Assembly: GCA_000165425.1 (NCBI GenBank)
Contig: CT868185.1
Location: 186,001-250,000 of the forward strand
Direction of reading: 5' to 3'
DNA: 64,000 nt
DNA from: Paramecium tetraurelia
Lineage: Eukaryota
Shown: positions 37,600 through 50,446 of the stretch, one piece after another
Numbering within the stretch: position 1 is the first letter of the stretch
Layout: each line of letters opens with the position of its first letter
The notes under the pieces: generated by a model
What the model was told of the DNA's origin: nothing
The model's database searches: none
What the model saw: only the letters and a program-made list of their open reading frames with translations
Program-made: the position numbers and the translations under genes

Positions 37600-39647
37600 T
37601 CAAAAGCTTTTGTTTTAAGTATTTAAATACTATTGCTTTGAAATTTGTTATTAGCCTCCTCTTTGTAATCTTAAAACAGTAGAGATATCTAATTGTTTGA
37701 GAGCATAACTTCTTTATTTTTTATCAGCATATGTTCTTAAGATGAAATATTGTTTTGCATATTCCCCAGAATTTACATAGAGATGATATTCGATTAATTT
37801 CAAGAAGACCCTTTCCATCTCATTTATTTGTAAAGTTGAAAATTAGGGTAAAACCTTTGCAAAATTATTATTTTCAAATGATTCATCATCCCATATTTTA
37901 GATGCCATAATCAATGACGTAAATAAAATCTTCTACCAGTTGAAACAGTTTAATTCTAAGCCTTAATTATAGTTTAGCAATCTGTTTATGTAAATCATAG
38001 AGATGATTGCCACTTCCCTTTCCATTTTGGTAGTTGTCATTATATTCTTACAATAGTTTTATATTATGTCAACATTTGGAATATAATTAGTCATCGTTTT
38101 ATCAATAAACACTTTATTAAATAATAGGTAATCTTCTAAATTATAAGATGTATCAACTGAAAAATATGATTTAGAAACTTATTCGCTATTATATATTTAC
38201 TTAATATACTTATTATCCTATTCTTGTACTTAAAAATAATCCCCTTATTCCTATTCAGTCTATAATTTTGATTATTCACTTTGATCTGCATTTTGGATCT
38301 ATTCAGTGGCAACATCTTCACTCCCATAATATTAATCTGTAATTTCAGGCTCTATTATTGCTTCTCCTAAGTAATCTTAACAATTTGTCTGATCTACCTT
38401 TGATATATTGACTGTTTGATCATTGTTTTCTTCATCTCGACAATCCTCACTGTATCTCTCTTTATTGGCTACTATGATAATGACTTAATACTTCTGGATT
38501 CGAACTCCTCGTATTAATCAGACTCCTTGAAGATTTATTGTTGAATTTCTTAGATTTCATTTTCGAGATATCTTTGTTACTCCAAATCAACAATGGATAT
38601 CATTTTTTACAGAGTAATGCTTACACAATAACTAATCTCCTCAATATCAATATTGATCAAGGTGGAAGCTAATTTTCCATTATCAAATGATTAATACATC
38701 AATTAAATCTAATCTTACTATAACTGAATCTCTGCTCCTATGCTATTTTTTGAATTGATTTATAATAATTTCTTCAATAATTTATTGTCTTTCTCAGCGT
38801 TTTGTTTGATCATTGACTTTTTCTTAATAGTTTATTTAATTTTCACTATAGGAATATTATTAGTTTTTGATAATGATTTTGGAATTTCTTTAGTTATTGA
38901 CAGAGAACTACCATGAGTAGCTCCTTAATTGGGAATTAATTGTTAAGTTAAACTATCGGAAAATTTAGGACTTTTGTCGTTGTTTCCATTAATAGAGCGT
39001 CTTTCCAATTTTGGTAATACTCTTGGTTTAATGACTCCAATCTCTTAGAGAGGAGAGAAATGTTTGAGAGATGCTCTTCGATTGACTGGCTTCAGTATTT
39101 CAATATAAGGTTCTCTTGTTTATTCAATCTTACTGTGGGAATTAAATTATTAAGGCAATGTATTTCTGTTTTATTAATTGTAAGTTGGGGTTTATGAATT
39201 TTAGACATTATAATTATGAGGATTGTAATGATCGTTTAAATATTTAAACAAATCTAAAAATTTTTATTTATGTCCAGGCAGTAATCTAATCTCTTGTAGT
39301 ATCTGGTTTTATAAATCTATTGGTTATTGAGCTAAGGTTTATAATCCACCTAAATAGCCTCTTAATAATAATTTATGTGCATATTATTATAAATTGTATT
39401 CAAACAATTATCTAATATGAATAGATCTCTCACTTACTTGAACAACAAACTTTCCTTGATATCAGTGAAATCAGATCTATATGATACATGGCTACTGTAT
39501 TCTGAATCCCTATTTGGTTGTTCTATGATATTGTTGTCATTTGTTACTTTTCATAGATTTTTTTTGATTACTCGGCACTGTGGACTTCGCATTCTAGATT
39601 TTATTAACGTAGCTCTTCATACGAAAATCATCATCCCATTTTTTCAT
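37600..39647 (-). CDS. Cyclin Y-like protein with long N-terminal extension
   Basis: Cyclin box AIISMIYINRLL..NWQKILFTSLIMASKIWDDESFENNNF..INEMERVFLKLIEYHLYVNSGEYAKQYFILR. Confidence 0.85.
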
Positions 39648-39705
39648 TTTATATATATATTTATAAATATATATAATAATAATCATAGTAATCAAAAAAC
39701 ATCTT

Positions 39706-40103
39706 TCAGATGACTCTATGCTATCTATCACTCCCCAAATGACTTTGTCTATATGCAAGTTTAGCCCTTTTGATATTTTTAATTATATTTACCAATAATT
39801 TTTATTTGGTGACAGCGTAGATTCATTTCGAAACTTGAAGTAATCTTCATTTGAATCCAGTTTGAGTTGGAGATCTTTTTTCCGGCTACGAAAACATTGA
39901 CGACTTTCAACCCTGTTTTCAATCGTCATACTATAATTGCACACATATCCAACGTCCTTGAGATTAATTGATAACAATCTTTCAACTCTTATCGCATTTC
40001 TTTGCTTTATTTTCTCCAAATTTCGAATATCCTATTCTAACTTCTGAAGTATCGGCTTAGTTCTCTATTAAGGCTTTCCGTTTACAAAAGTTTACAGTTT
40101 CAT
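39706..40103 (-). CDS. Small uncharacterised basic protein (~120 aa)
   Basis: Starts MKLQTFVNGKP, one intron near 39766-39792, TGA at 39706-39708. Confidence 0.6.
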
Positions 40104-41158
40104 GTTATAATAACTAATTATGAATGATTTATTATTCTAAGATCTAATATCATATATAGCAAATTATATATATTATTAATAAAAATGTATTCATTTTTAA
40201 TGCTTCACTTTATGATAGCAATAGTAACATTCCTAATATAATCAAATTTTATCTCATTTAACATCATTTTAATTTCTATGATTTTACAACTCACGATAAT
40301 GCTATCTCCTAACTATGATTTTGGTCTCATTGAGTGAAGTATCATTTATTATCTTATTATAAATATTATATATGAATAAATTACATCAAAACATATCATC
40401 ATAATTTAATGAGGTTAAAAGTATTTGGCTTATGAGTAATATATCTTAAATTAATATACTATTTGATAAGCCAATCTTAAATTTGAATGTATTTTTGTTT
40501 GGTAGAAATTCAATCACTTATAGTACTTAAAACAAGAATAATTAGAACTATATTCGAATAAAATGATAATTAATTTAATTCTTTGATAGTATACAAGTAG
40601 CTAACTTAATCTTGCTTAATCAATTGAGTACTAAGTAGGATCACCAATATTCCATTTATAAGTAATCCATTCTAAATTTATATAAAGTTAGTATCGTAAA
40701 TAGTTTAGATCTTTACCTATTTCAATCGACATCCATTTATTATTGAACGATATTTAGTATCTGCGTATTAGTTTAATCAATATCTTGATATTGTAATTTG
40801 GGTATTTAAGTAGTTTGTGCTACAAAAAGATAATATTTGATATCATTTTTAATTTTTGTATTTTTATCATAAAATAGATGAGAATTAATAGTAAAAATGT
40901 TTATTAAAATCATATTCTTAATTAATAATGATTGTATCAATATATATAATATATGTATTATGCAAGCTGATTTAATAGATTTAACCCAGTCATTTATTTG
41001 ATGAATAACCAAACTTGATTATAATTTGATATTATAAATTACCTAATTATTGAATATTTAAAAGTAGGGTAAGTAGTAATAATCGATGAATGCAAGAGTG
41101 ATATCTTATAATTAAAGATGTTTATTTATAAAAATATAATATTGATTGAAAAATAATT

Positions 41159-42781
41159 ATGAGATCCAACAAGAAACATGGCACAGTACATGCTGATAAT
41201 CAATCTAAGTTGTCAGTTGGATAGATTATAGCTCAGAAATTTAAACTGATAGATAAGGTTGGACAAGGGAGTTTTGGGATGATATATAAGACTGAGAATT
41301 TGGAGACGGGAGATATCTTCGCTACAAAATTTGAGAAGAGAGAGGAGAATTCGAATGGGATGAGTCTGTTGGTGAGAGAAATAAAAGTTTTGATAGAGGT
41401 ATAAGAATTTGAAGGTAATATACTAATCGATAAAGGTTTTCCGTAGATCGTATTTTATGGGAGAGATGAACATTACAATTACTTTATGCAAACGTATTTG
41501 GGTTAGAATTTGGAACATCTTCTGAAGCGGAGTAATTATAAGTTTAGTTTGACAACCGTGTGTAGGATAGGAATGAATTTGATTGATAGATTAAAATTAT
41601 TGCATTCTAAGAACTTGATTCACAGGGATTTGAAACCAGACAACATGTGTATAGGTTACGAGGACGTAGACCAAATCTATTTAATTGATTTTGGGTTGGC
41701 AAAGTATTATCGAGATTAGAATGGCAATCATATACCTTAGACTGAGAAAAGAGGAATAATCGGAACAGCAAGATATGCCAGTTTGACTGCTCATTTAGGT
41801 ACGATGTTGTGAATATGAAATTATTAAGCAAAGGAATAATCACGTAGAGATGATATCGAGAGTTTGGGATACGTATTGGTCTATTTGGCAAAAGGGAAAT
41901 TACCATGGATGAATTTGAATACTTCCACAAAGTCTGAGAAGTATCAGAAGATTAAGGAGTTCAAACAACAATTGACTTTGGAAAAGTTGTGCGAAGGATT
42001 GCCAAAAGTTTATCCTAATTATCATCTTTTAAGTGTTTCTTGAATTTATTCATTTATGCACGTGGACTCGACTTTTAGGGTGAACCAGATTATGCATTCC
42101 TGAAGGAACTGTTCTAGAAATAATTCCAATAAGAATTGTCATCCTTGCAAACCTTGGCTACTCCAGAATACGAATGGGAGCGATTTCCAGAGATCAAGAA
42201 ACGCAAGGCTAGATTATAGACTAATCAACTCAAATTAAAAATGGGTATTATTCATAATATTTAGAAAAACTTGTTTAACAAGGTGTAGATTCTGATGCTC
42301 GTAAAAGTAGTGAAGATAAAGGTTAAGATCACAAGGGAAGTTCATTCTTGAATTTACCAATGAAAGATTTATAACTTGATTCCTTATCTCCTGATATCAA
42401 AAACAAACAGAGCAGAGTATCAATATATTTACATATGTTAATTAGAATGTCAGTTAAAATATTTCTAGTTTTGGAACTAGTCAAATTAATAATTATTAAA
42501 TAAGTTAGATAGATAAGCTTAAGAGATTCCCTACTGACAGAAAAGACTAAAGAAATAATACAGCAGATGTTTAGAAAAAAGACAGAGAGACTAGTCCAAA
42601 CTAGAAGATATTTATCAAATAAACTACAACTAAAACAGAGAGGAAAATGGCATTTTTCGAGATTGATAATGATTATAGAGATTACGATCACATTGATTAG
42701 ATTGCCAGTGAAGAGGTTAATATTGTATTTTCCAACATTATACCTAATCTTGGACGTCATAAATCTACATTAGATCTCTGA
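41159..42781 (+). CDS. Casein kinase 1 family kinase
   Basis: VGQGSFGMIY, LIHRDLKPDN, LIDFGLAKYY, IIGTARYASL, EQSRRDDIESLGY, GKLPW. The 3' end is tentative; an alternative stop is at 42854. Confidence 0.9.
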
Positions 42782-42957
42782 AACATAATTATTTCTATAT
42801 AAAACGTAATAAAATTATGAAGAATTCTTTATTTATCAAATTTATATATAATGATTCAAACTTAAGCATGTTACTAAGTAATAATAGAATATTGGAATTA
42901 AATAAAATAATACTAATTCTCTTATGGATTTGTTTAAATGTATAAATATTAAATGAA

Positions 42958-44859
42958 TCAAATTCCCAACTCTTAAAGAGACTCAAATACATTCTAAATA
43001 TCCAATTCAGCTACTGATTTCGGTGATACTAATTAGCTCTTTTGAACAATTCTATTTTGATTGAAATCCTAAATGACTTCTTCTCCAAAAGCATCAACCA
43101 ATCTTCTAATCTAAAATAATGGATATATTATTAATACCTTATTTTACAATTCCTCTCTTTGTATCTTTAATTTTCTATACTTATTCTCATATAGATAGAA
43201 TAAGATTTAACTATTCACCTTTCTTGCATGTCTTATTAATCCATCATTAGAGCGAATCATGGCAGTGATGTAAATGGGCCACATCAATAGAAAGATTATA
43301 GTGTATCTAAAAGTAAGCTCTTCATCTACTATCTTATAAACAGTCAGCCATAAATAAAATAGAACTGTGTAAATGAAGACTGAAATAGGAACGATTATTA
43401 TGGATGCCAATACTTTAAATGAGGCAACGACATCCTTACCAGATATCTTAACTTTAGATCCAGCCAAAGCACTCTTCCTTTCTTTCTCTGCATACATATT
43501 CAAGATAATGGTTATTGGAATGGTCATGATATATCCAGGAAATGCAAAGAGCAAACAGAGTATTGTCATGAAAATATTAAATCCAATTATCTAAAGATCC
43601 AAATAGATTCTCTTCTGCATTCTCATAACTTCCCAATCTCTTACACCTAAGGCTTTAAGCTTATAATTGTAAAGTTTGATTTCAGTCAACACCTAATTGA
43701 CTTCGGGATGTTCTTTTAACTTGTAAAACGCTTATAAAAACCTAAGTAAATAATATTGAATTAAACCTTTTTGTAAGCTAAAGAAGATCTTGAGGAGAAA
43801 GTCTTGTTCTATCAGGTAAATATAGAGATCTTCCTATAATAACTGCTGATAAATGGGAATAACTTGGAGCTTGTATGGTTACTGATTTTAGTTACTATTA
43901 TGAGTTAATTTAATACTTATTCTATTTCCAGTAATAATTTACTTATTGCTTGTCTTTTATTGATAGCATAAGTATCAATCAATTATTAGCTGATTTCATA
44001 AGGAACTCCAAATTCTACAATAACTTTGGATCTGAATTTGTGTCCTTTGAAATAGTTTAATCCAACTGGTTATAATTTAACTTTGGTTTAATATTTTTAA
44101 CTAGCTCCTAGAGCCATAATGCAGATTCCTGGTTTCAAGGGTAATAAGGTAGTATTATCATGTGATCCTCCTTCTGGGAATATTCCTATGCATTTTCCTT
44201 GTTTCAAAGCTAGCCAAACTTGTTCAAACATCATTGATTAATCTACTTTTGGTTGTATTTTGTATTTGTTATCTTTGACATGAAGTTAACTTGGATCTTC
44301 ACATTGAACTTTAATTTTAGTGTCGCTAATAATTTCAACAATAAGTATAATAGTGTCAATCTATGATAATATTGCAGATTACTCCTTGTATAAGTATTGA
44401 ATCATGTATTTGGCATTGTTTGGTAAATTGAGAATTTTCTGCAAACAAATAAGTTCCATCATACTTCTTTAAAATTCCACTTCCTATTTTGGCCAGATCT
44501 TATGGTCTTTCAACTGGGATTCCACCTAGAGCTTTACCAATGTCTCCAATAATTGGCTTTCTCATGCTCTAATAATAGGATATGAGTAATACTTTGGCTG
44601 CTGCAATGAAATTGATCTTTCTTGTCATGTTGGAGATAATTAACTAAGCATATTGTAAAGTAATACTAATGGATCAATGAATTGATTGTTATGATTTCCA
44701 TAGAGTAGGATTGGACCATCCTATGAATAAAATGATGCCATTACTTTTGGAATATTTTCTTATCCAATCACTTCGATATCTCTAAAAAATGTATGGGTAA
44801 CAACTCTTGAATATTAGAGAGAAATACTTTGAGAATAACTTTGCGAATTCGTAAGCCAT
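42958..44859 (-). CDS. Glycerol-3-phosphate/DHAP O-acyltransferase (Sct1/Gpt2-type PlsC fold) with C-terminal TM helices
   Basis: [10 protein letters not shown] (HxxxxD), [52 protein letters not shown] motif; many short introns. Confidence 0.88.
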
Positions 44860-45019
44860 CCCTGTTAAATAATTATTAAAACTAATTGTTCTTGAAGAAT
44901 CTGACTTTTATAATTAAGTATAATTGAGTTGTTAAATGTTTAATCATTTAGAATGAAATAATGCATATTATGGCAACATTAATTAAATATAATACTTAAT
45001 AATTAATTATATGATATTA

Positions 45020-46540
45020 TCAATACAAATCAATTTTATTATTGTTCTATTCATCATCATCGTGAGTTATGCGTATCTTTTGTTTCTAGAGGTTGATATT
45101 GTTCAATTATTCAAACTTTTGTAAATTGTTTAGAGTTTATTTTTCCTATTGATTCCTGAATTATTGGAGTATTAACAAGACAAGTAGAAATAAGAATATA
45201 CACAAGAGAATTTTTGATTGCAAAGACCAATGTGTTTACAATGGGATGATACTCAGACTCAATTAGAAAGTATAATAACATTGTATTTTTGGATCTGGTT
45301 TCTCTCTAGATAGAATCTCCTTGAATCTCTCATCTATTTTTTTAGAACTCTTGCATTTCTCTTCACTCCTTATAATGCCAAAGAACAGATGTTTTCTCAA
45401 TTTATTCTCGATAGGAGCATTGCACACTAAATTATAACTCTGACTGGTTGTGTTATAAAAGTTCAAACTATTATTGCTCACTTGGATTATTTGTGAGTCT
45501 CTAATGAATATCTTATTCTCTGGATCCAAGAAGTGTTGTGCTTATCCCAAACCACTGTTGTGTCTATACTTTTAATGGAAATTAGTTTGTAGAGTGATCA
45601 TATTGACTTACTCCTTATTGATTATAAGAGCTATGTCTTTGTTTAACAACCCAAATCTGATATCTTGTGATTCCAGTTGTATTGTCCCTTCTGATTCCTG
45701 TGTTATATTTACTACCTCATTTAATCCAAATTGAAAATTGAATTTAAATAAACTCAATTTACCTCTCTATTAATTCAACAATTCCAGAACTGCCAAATAA
45801 TCTTGATATATGTCAATGTAATGACCACTTATATTGAATTGATATAAATTAATAGGGTCAAAAGGATCATTGATATCATAAATGGAAATTCCATCAGCTA
45901 CAATAAACAAATTATCATCTTGCAATATAATTTATTTGCATCCATTCCCATATTAATGGATTATAAAATATTCATCATTGTAAGCAAACACTCCATTTTC
46001 TAAACACAAATAAATAATTTTAGTTGACATGTGCTAATAACCCATCAGACTCTGCTTTAATTTAGATGTAAAATCAGCTGACAAATTTTCATTTATTATT
46101 TTCATATTGATAGTATCAAATACACTAACACTCTTTTCATTATAGTAGATTATTTATCCTTCAGATGACAATACCAACAACTGAAGATTCTAGTATTGCA
46201 GATCAATTGTTTAATTCTTGGTTGTATATATTACTTAACCTTACCTTATAAAGCATTCATCAAAACATACTATATCTGAATCTAATGAATTCGATACACT
46301 CATCTGAATTGTTTGCACTGGTTTAAGTCCTATAGCTTAATTGGACCAATAGCAATTCATATCCTCATCATTAATCATTCTATAGGGAGGATCAGGGAAG
46401 TACAAATCAAGGGATCTAATTTGATTCACGTCAAAGAATTGATGCTCAAATGTTTAATTCGGTTAAAGTGTATGTTTTATGGATCCCAAATAATGACTAT
46501 CTTTTGCTGCAGATATATATAAAATTAAAAATAAAAACAT
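45020..46540 (-). CDS. Type I single-pass membrane protein (~500 aa), unknown function
   Basis: Signal peptide MFLFLILYISAA, beta-rich ectodomain, TM ILLCIFLFLLVLLILQ near the C-terminus. Confidence 0.7.
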
Positions 46541-46636
46541 TTAATTATCAAATGCATCATTTGCTCACCAAATATAATCATAATTCTCACAACAGAATAA
46601 AACCAATCGAATAATTAATTAAATATGCAAATATTA

Positions 46637-49600
46637 TCAAGACTAATCTGAGTATACTTTTAGCATGATCTATTTCAGATGATATTGATACTCGTTTTTT
46701 GTTACCCATTTTATAATTGATGACTCATTCATCTATTTATCATTTAGATACATCTAATACTAACCAATATTCATACCTAGCATATAATAATAACATCATC
46801 ATCTCTATTATTTTTATCTATTATGTGTTTAATCAGCAACCTGAGATCACCCTCATTATAGTAATCACAAATGACCAAATAAGGTAATATAGTTTAACCT
46901 AATATAGAATAGTATTGATTCTCCAACCTCTTTTCTATTATGATTTTTGCAGCTTGAATAAACTATTTTTTATCAATCTATGCATCCACATCTTTAATAT
47001 CTTTCCCATCTAGATTATTAAAATATCCCAATTTTCCAAGCAATAACTAGACTCGGGTTAGTTCTTCCTTCTAGAACACCTTATCTCTGAAAGTCTCTAA
47101 AATACTAAATATCAATTATTTAGGCATTGAAGATTTCAATAATTTAGTAATAACAGATCGCCCTATTATTTTCAATTATTCCGATACTTCTTACTATTTA
47201 CTTAGCATGATATTTAACAATATTATTGTATATGTATCAAGATTACTATGTAAATACTCAAACAGTTTTTTGTATTCTGAGATAGGCTATTTGGTCTTCT
47301 TAAGTAATAAGTATATTAATGCTGCGTATTATGATGATACAATCTTATGATCTTTTTATTCATTGTATAATTGTTCCCACCATTAAGTCTCATATAATGG
47401 TTATGATTAGGATCTGTTAATTCTCCAATCTGTGAATCTATCAATCCAATCACTTTTATTTAATTTAATCTCATTGTGAGTTTTAGGTTTTATGTTTAAA
47501 CTAATAAAGACATTTTAAAGAGGGTCTGATTACTGTTGTTAAATAATCTGTTATTCTCTATATTCTACTTAATTAAAGTATATTTTAAATTATTCCAAAT
47601 ATAAACTTAAACGTAACCCTCTTATATATTTTATTTTTGAATTCTTTTTAACATCTTGTAATGAAACCACATAGTTTGATTGTAATTGCAAGAAATTAAC
47701 TAAATCTATAGTTGGAACTCCAAATAATATGTTGAATAATTGGAATGACCTTATTATTTCCTCACTTGGAGTTATGCATTAATATAAGCAATCAAGTAAT
47801 AAGATGGATATTGTTTAACTTTTTTTTACTTGTTCCTACTTTTGATAATGATTGAAGTAATTCTAAAGTAAGTTCTAATCAATTTGCAATTATTGATTTT
47901 ATTAGACAAAATTGAGTGGAATTACTATTTTTTAAGAGAGTCTTGAATTAAATTTATTGATGTTATCATTTGAAATTTAATAGTTAATAGATTTCTCCTT
48001 ATTTCTCATATCCTAAAAACTGAAATCAAATTTGTATTTCAATTCAAGTTCAATTTCGCTTTGAATTTCAGAAGGCTCTTAATCATTTTCCTCTTATTCA
48101 AATATGTCTCCATCTCCACTGGTCTGCATTTCTACCTGTTACTGTTAATCCTAATAATTCTGATTGTCAGTATTCGAGTAATCAGAATTAAAATGATATC
48201 CACTAAAATGAAAAGATTTCACAGTATATTCAAAGGTTTAGAAGTCAATAGACATAAATTATAAACCTTATTTTTAGGCTTAAGCAATTAAGTTGTTCTT
48301 AAATTTGATCTAATTGATTTAAGGATTCTTTATTGAAAATTTGAATGTTATTAAGCTTTCAGTATTGAGCTTAACTCCAACGTCAGGTTTCAATAATTCA
48401 TGTATTTTATTAGTATCATAAACCTCGATGGATTCCTACTTAATATCAATGACTTTATCTAAATCTACATAATATATATTAATAGGTTAAGTCCATACAA
48501 TTTTGCCAAATTTATTTGAAACTCTAAAGTTTTACGCTTATTTAAGATCAGGACATTCATGCAAATTGGATGAATAACCATCTCTAATTAATTTTGGTAG
48601 TTTGACATAAAAATAATGGAATATCAATCTGTGATCTGACAGTTTAGCAAGTTAGATTGAATTGTCAACAACGAGAGTATTTTCATTGTATATTTAGCAA
48701 TTGTTAAAATATTGTTATGACAATGAACCAAAGATTTCAATATTTTCAAGGTGGTTTTCTACAAATTATTTGACATTCTAGACTCTAGATTTAATCTAAA
48801 ATTCTTGGTAAATGGTCAGACTATTTTCACTTTCTAAAAACTTAATTTCAATATCAAGCCAAAACATTGATTATGATTTTCTCTCATCTCTCTAAACAAA
48901 ACTTTTAAATTCGCTCTTAGAATCAGTGTATTGACAATTATCTTAAAACTTAGAGATGGGTTTTCTATCTTCTCTATTGAAAATGCTTTTAGTTTCTGTA
49001 TTCAAACTATGTGCTTAATATGTGGAAGATGTTTTTTTATCTTAACGAATGCTGATAGTTTTATTGCTCATATTGGACGATTTCTGATTTTACAATTTAA
49101 AGGTTTTCGAGGATTTCATACTTTGAGTGTATTAATTCTACAATCGATAATCGAAATTCATCTTAGAACTCTCTCTCAACATACAATCATATTCTTCTAA
49201 GCTCAATTGCTTCTATTATTCAAACATCACAATTTGAGAATCAACCTATTGAGTAAAATCTTTAAATTAGTTCTCTTAAAATTTCAAATAGTCTATGGAG
49301 CCTAATAATGGTGCTTGTAATATAGGTTAGATGATATTGCTATTATTGGGATACTAAAACATCATAGGTTGATTAAATATATTTTATTAGGGTTGATTAA
49401 ATAAATTATTGGAATTGAAGAGATTGTTATTGGAAAAGATGTTTTAGCTATTGAACATATTATTGTTGTTTGGTTATTAACTAAATATATTAGTAGACTA
49501 ATTGAAAATATTGTTATTGTTATTTCCTGAATTAAAAGGTCTATTATTATTATTGTTTTATTAAAAGATGTTGTTTGAATTATTGGTTTACTATTGAAAT

Positions 49601-50301
49601 AGGTTGGCTGCTGAATTGTTATTAGTATTAAATAAGTTATTGGAGGGGGGAGCATTAAATATGTTGGGTGGATTATTATTATTATTTTTATTGAATAAAT
49701 CATTTGAATTATTGGAGAAAATGTCTTTTCTATTGTTATCCGATGGATTGTTGAAGATATTTTGGTAACTATTGGGTTGTTTAAAAAGATCATTTGATTA
49801 GTTGAATGAGTTGTTTTATCTTCTGAAAATATCATTTTAATCTTGAAATTAAGGCGGCTTTAGATCTATTGTAATAAGTAATAAAAACTTTGTTAATTTG
49901 TGAATTTTATCAATTTAGAATTAAAATTGTTTTTCCTCACTGCAGTCTCTAATTGTGATTTATGAGTGTCCTAAATTTATTGTGATCTAATCAAATAATA
50001 ATCTTCTAATCTAATTTGAATAGCACTCTATGTAAATATCAATTTTGTACAATTCCTTTGTATTCTTATTGCATGAACATGTTGGTTGTGTATAAAGTTG
50101 AATTCTGATCCTCTGCATCCATGAGTCCATATGTGATTCTCTGGGATTTGAAAGTTCCTCTGTAAGAGCCTGGAACAGTTGGATTAAAGCTACGAATGAA
50201 GCATGTATTTTATACTTATTGTTTGTTGGAAAGTTATTCGAATTAGTATTGAATGGGCCGAATATGTTATTAGTAGAGGATTAAAATAAATTTATTGCCA
50301 T
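46637..50301 (-). CDS. NUP98: Nup98-Nup96 precursor with NIFN-type repeats, GLEBS motif and autoproteolytic domain (HF|S), 1189 aa
   Basis: GLEBS-like EYKGISAIQIRLEDYY. NIFN/NLFN/NIFS repeats at 49370-49840. APD: LPKLIRDGY..NFRVSNKFGKIVW..VDLDKVIDIKQESIEVYD..PDVGVKLN..TVKSFHFS (48202-48210). About 515 aa helical C-terminal part. Four introns (26, 23, 23, 23 nt). Confidence 0.88.
49370..49840 (-). repeat. Asn-rich N(I/L/M)F(N/S/Q) peptide repeats of Nup98
   Basis: 4x NIFN, 3x NLFN, 2x NIFS, plus NMFN, DLFN, NIFQ, NLFQ, DIFS; no GLFG. Confidence 0.9.
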
Positions 50302-50446
50302 ATTATTAAATATTATAATGTGGATAGAGTTTGTAAATAATTAGTAATCAAAGAGGGCTTAATATAATATGAATTGCAGTTGTTTTTATGTACCCAATTG
50401 ATGTTGTGAATTATTTGAATTTATACAATAATTAATTATAAAATTA

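Noticed and set aside
49362..49835. Listed Ile/Thr-rich 157-aa ORF
   Set aside because: Wrong frame of the Asn-rich Nup98 repeat region.
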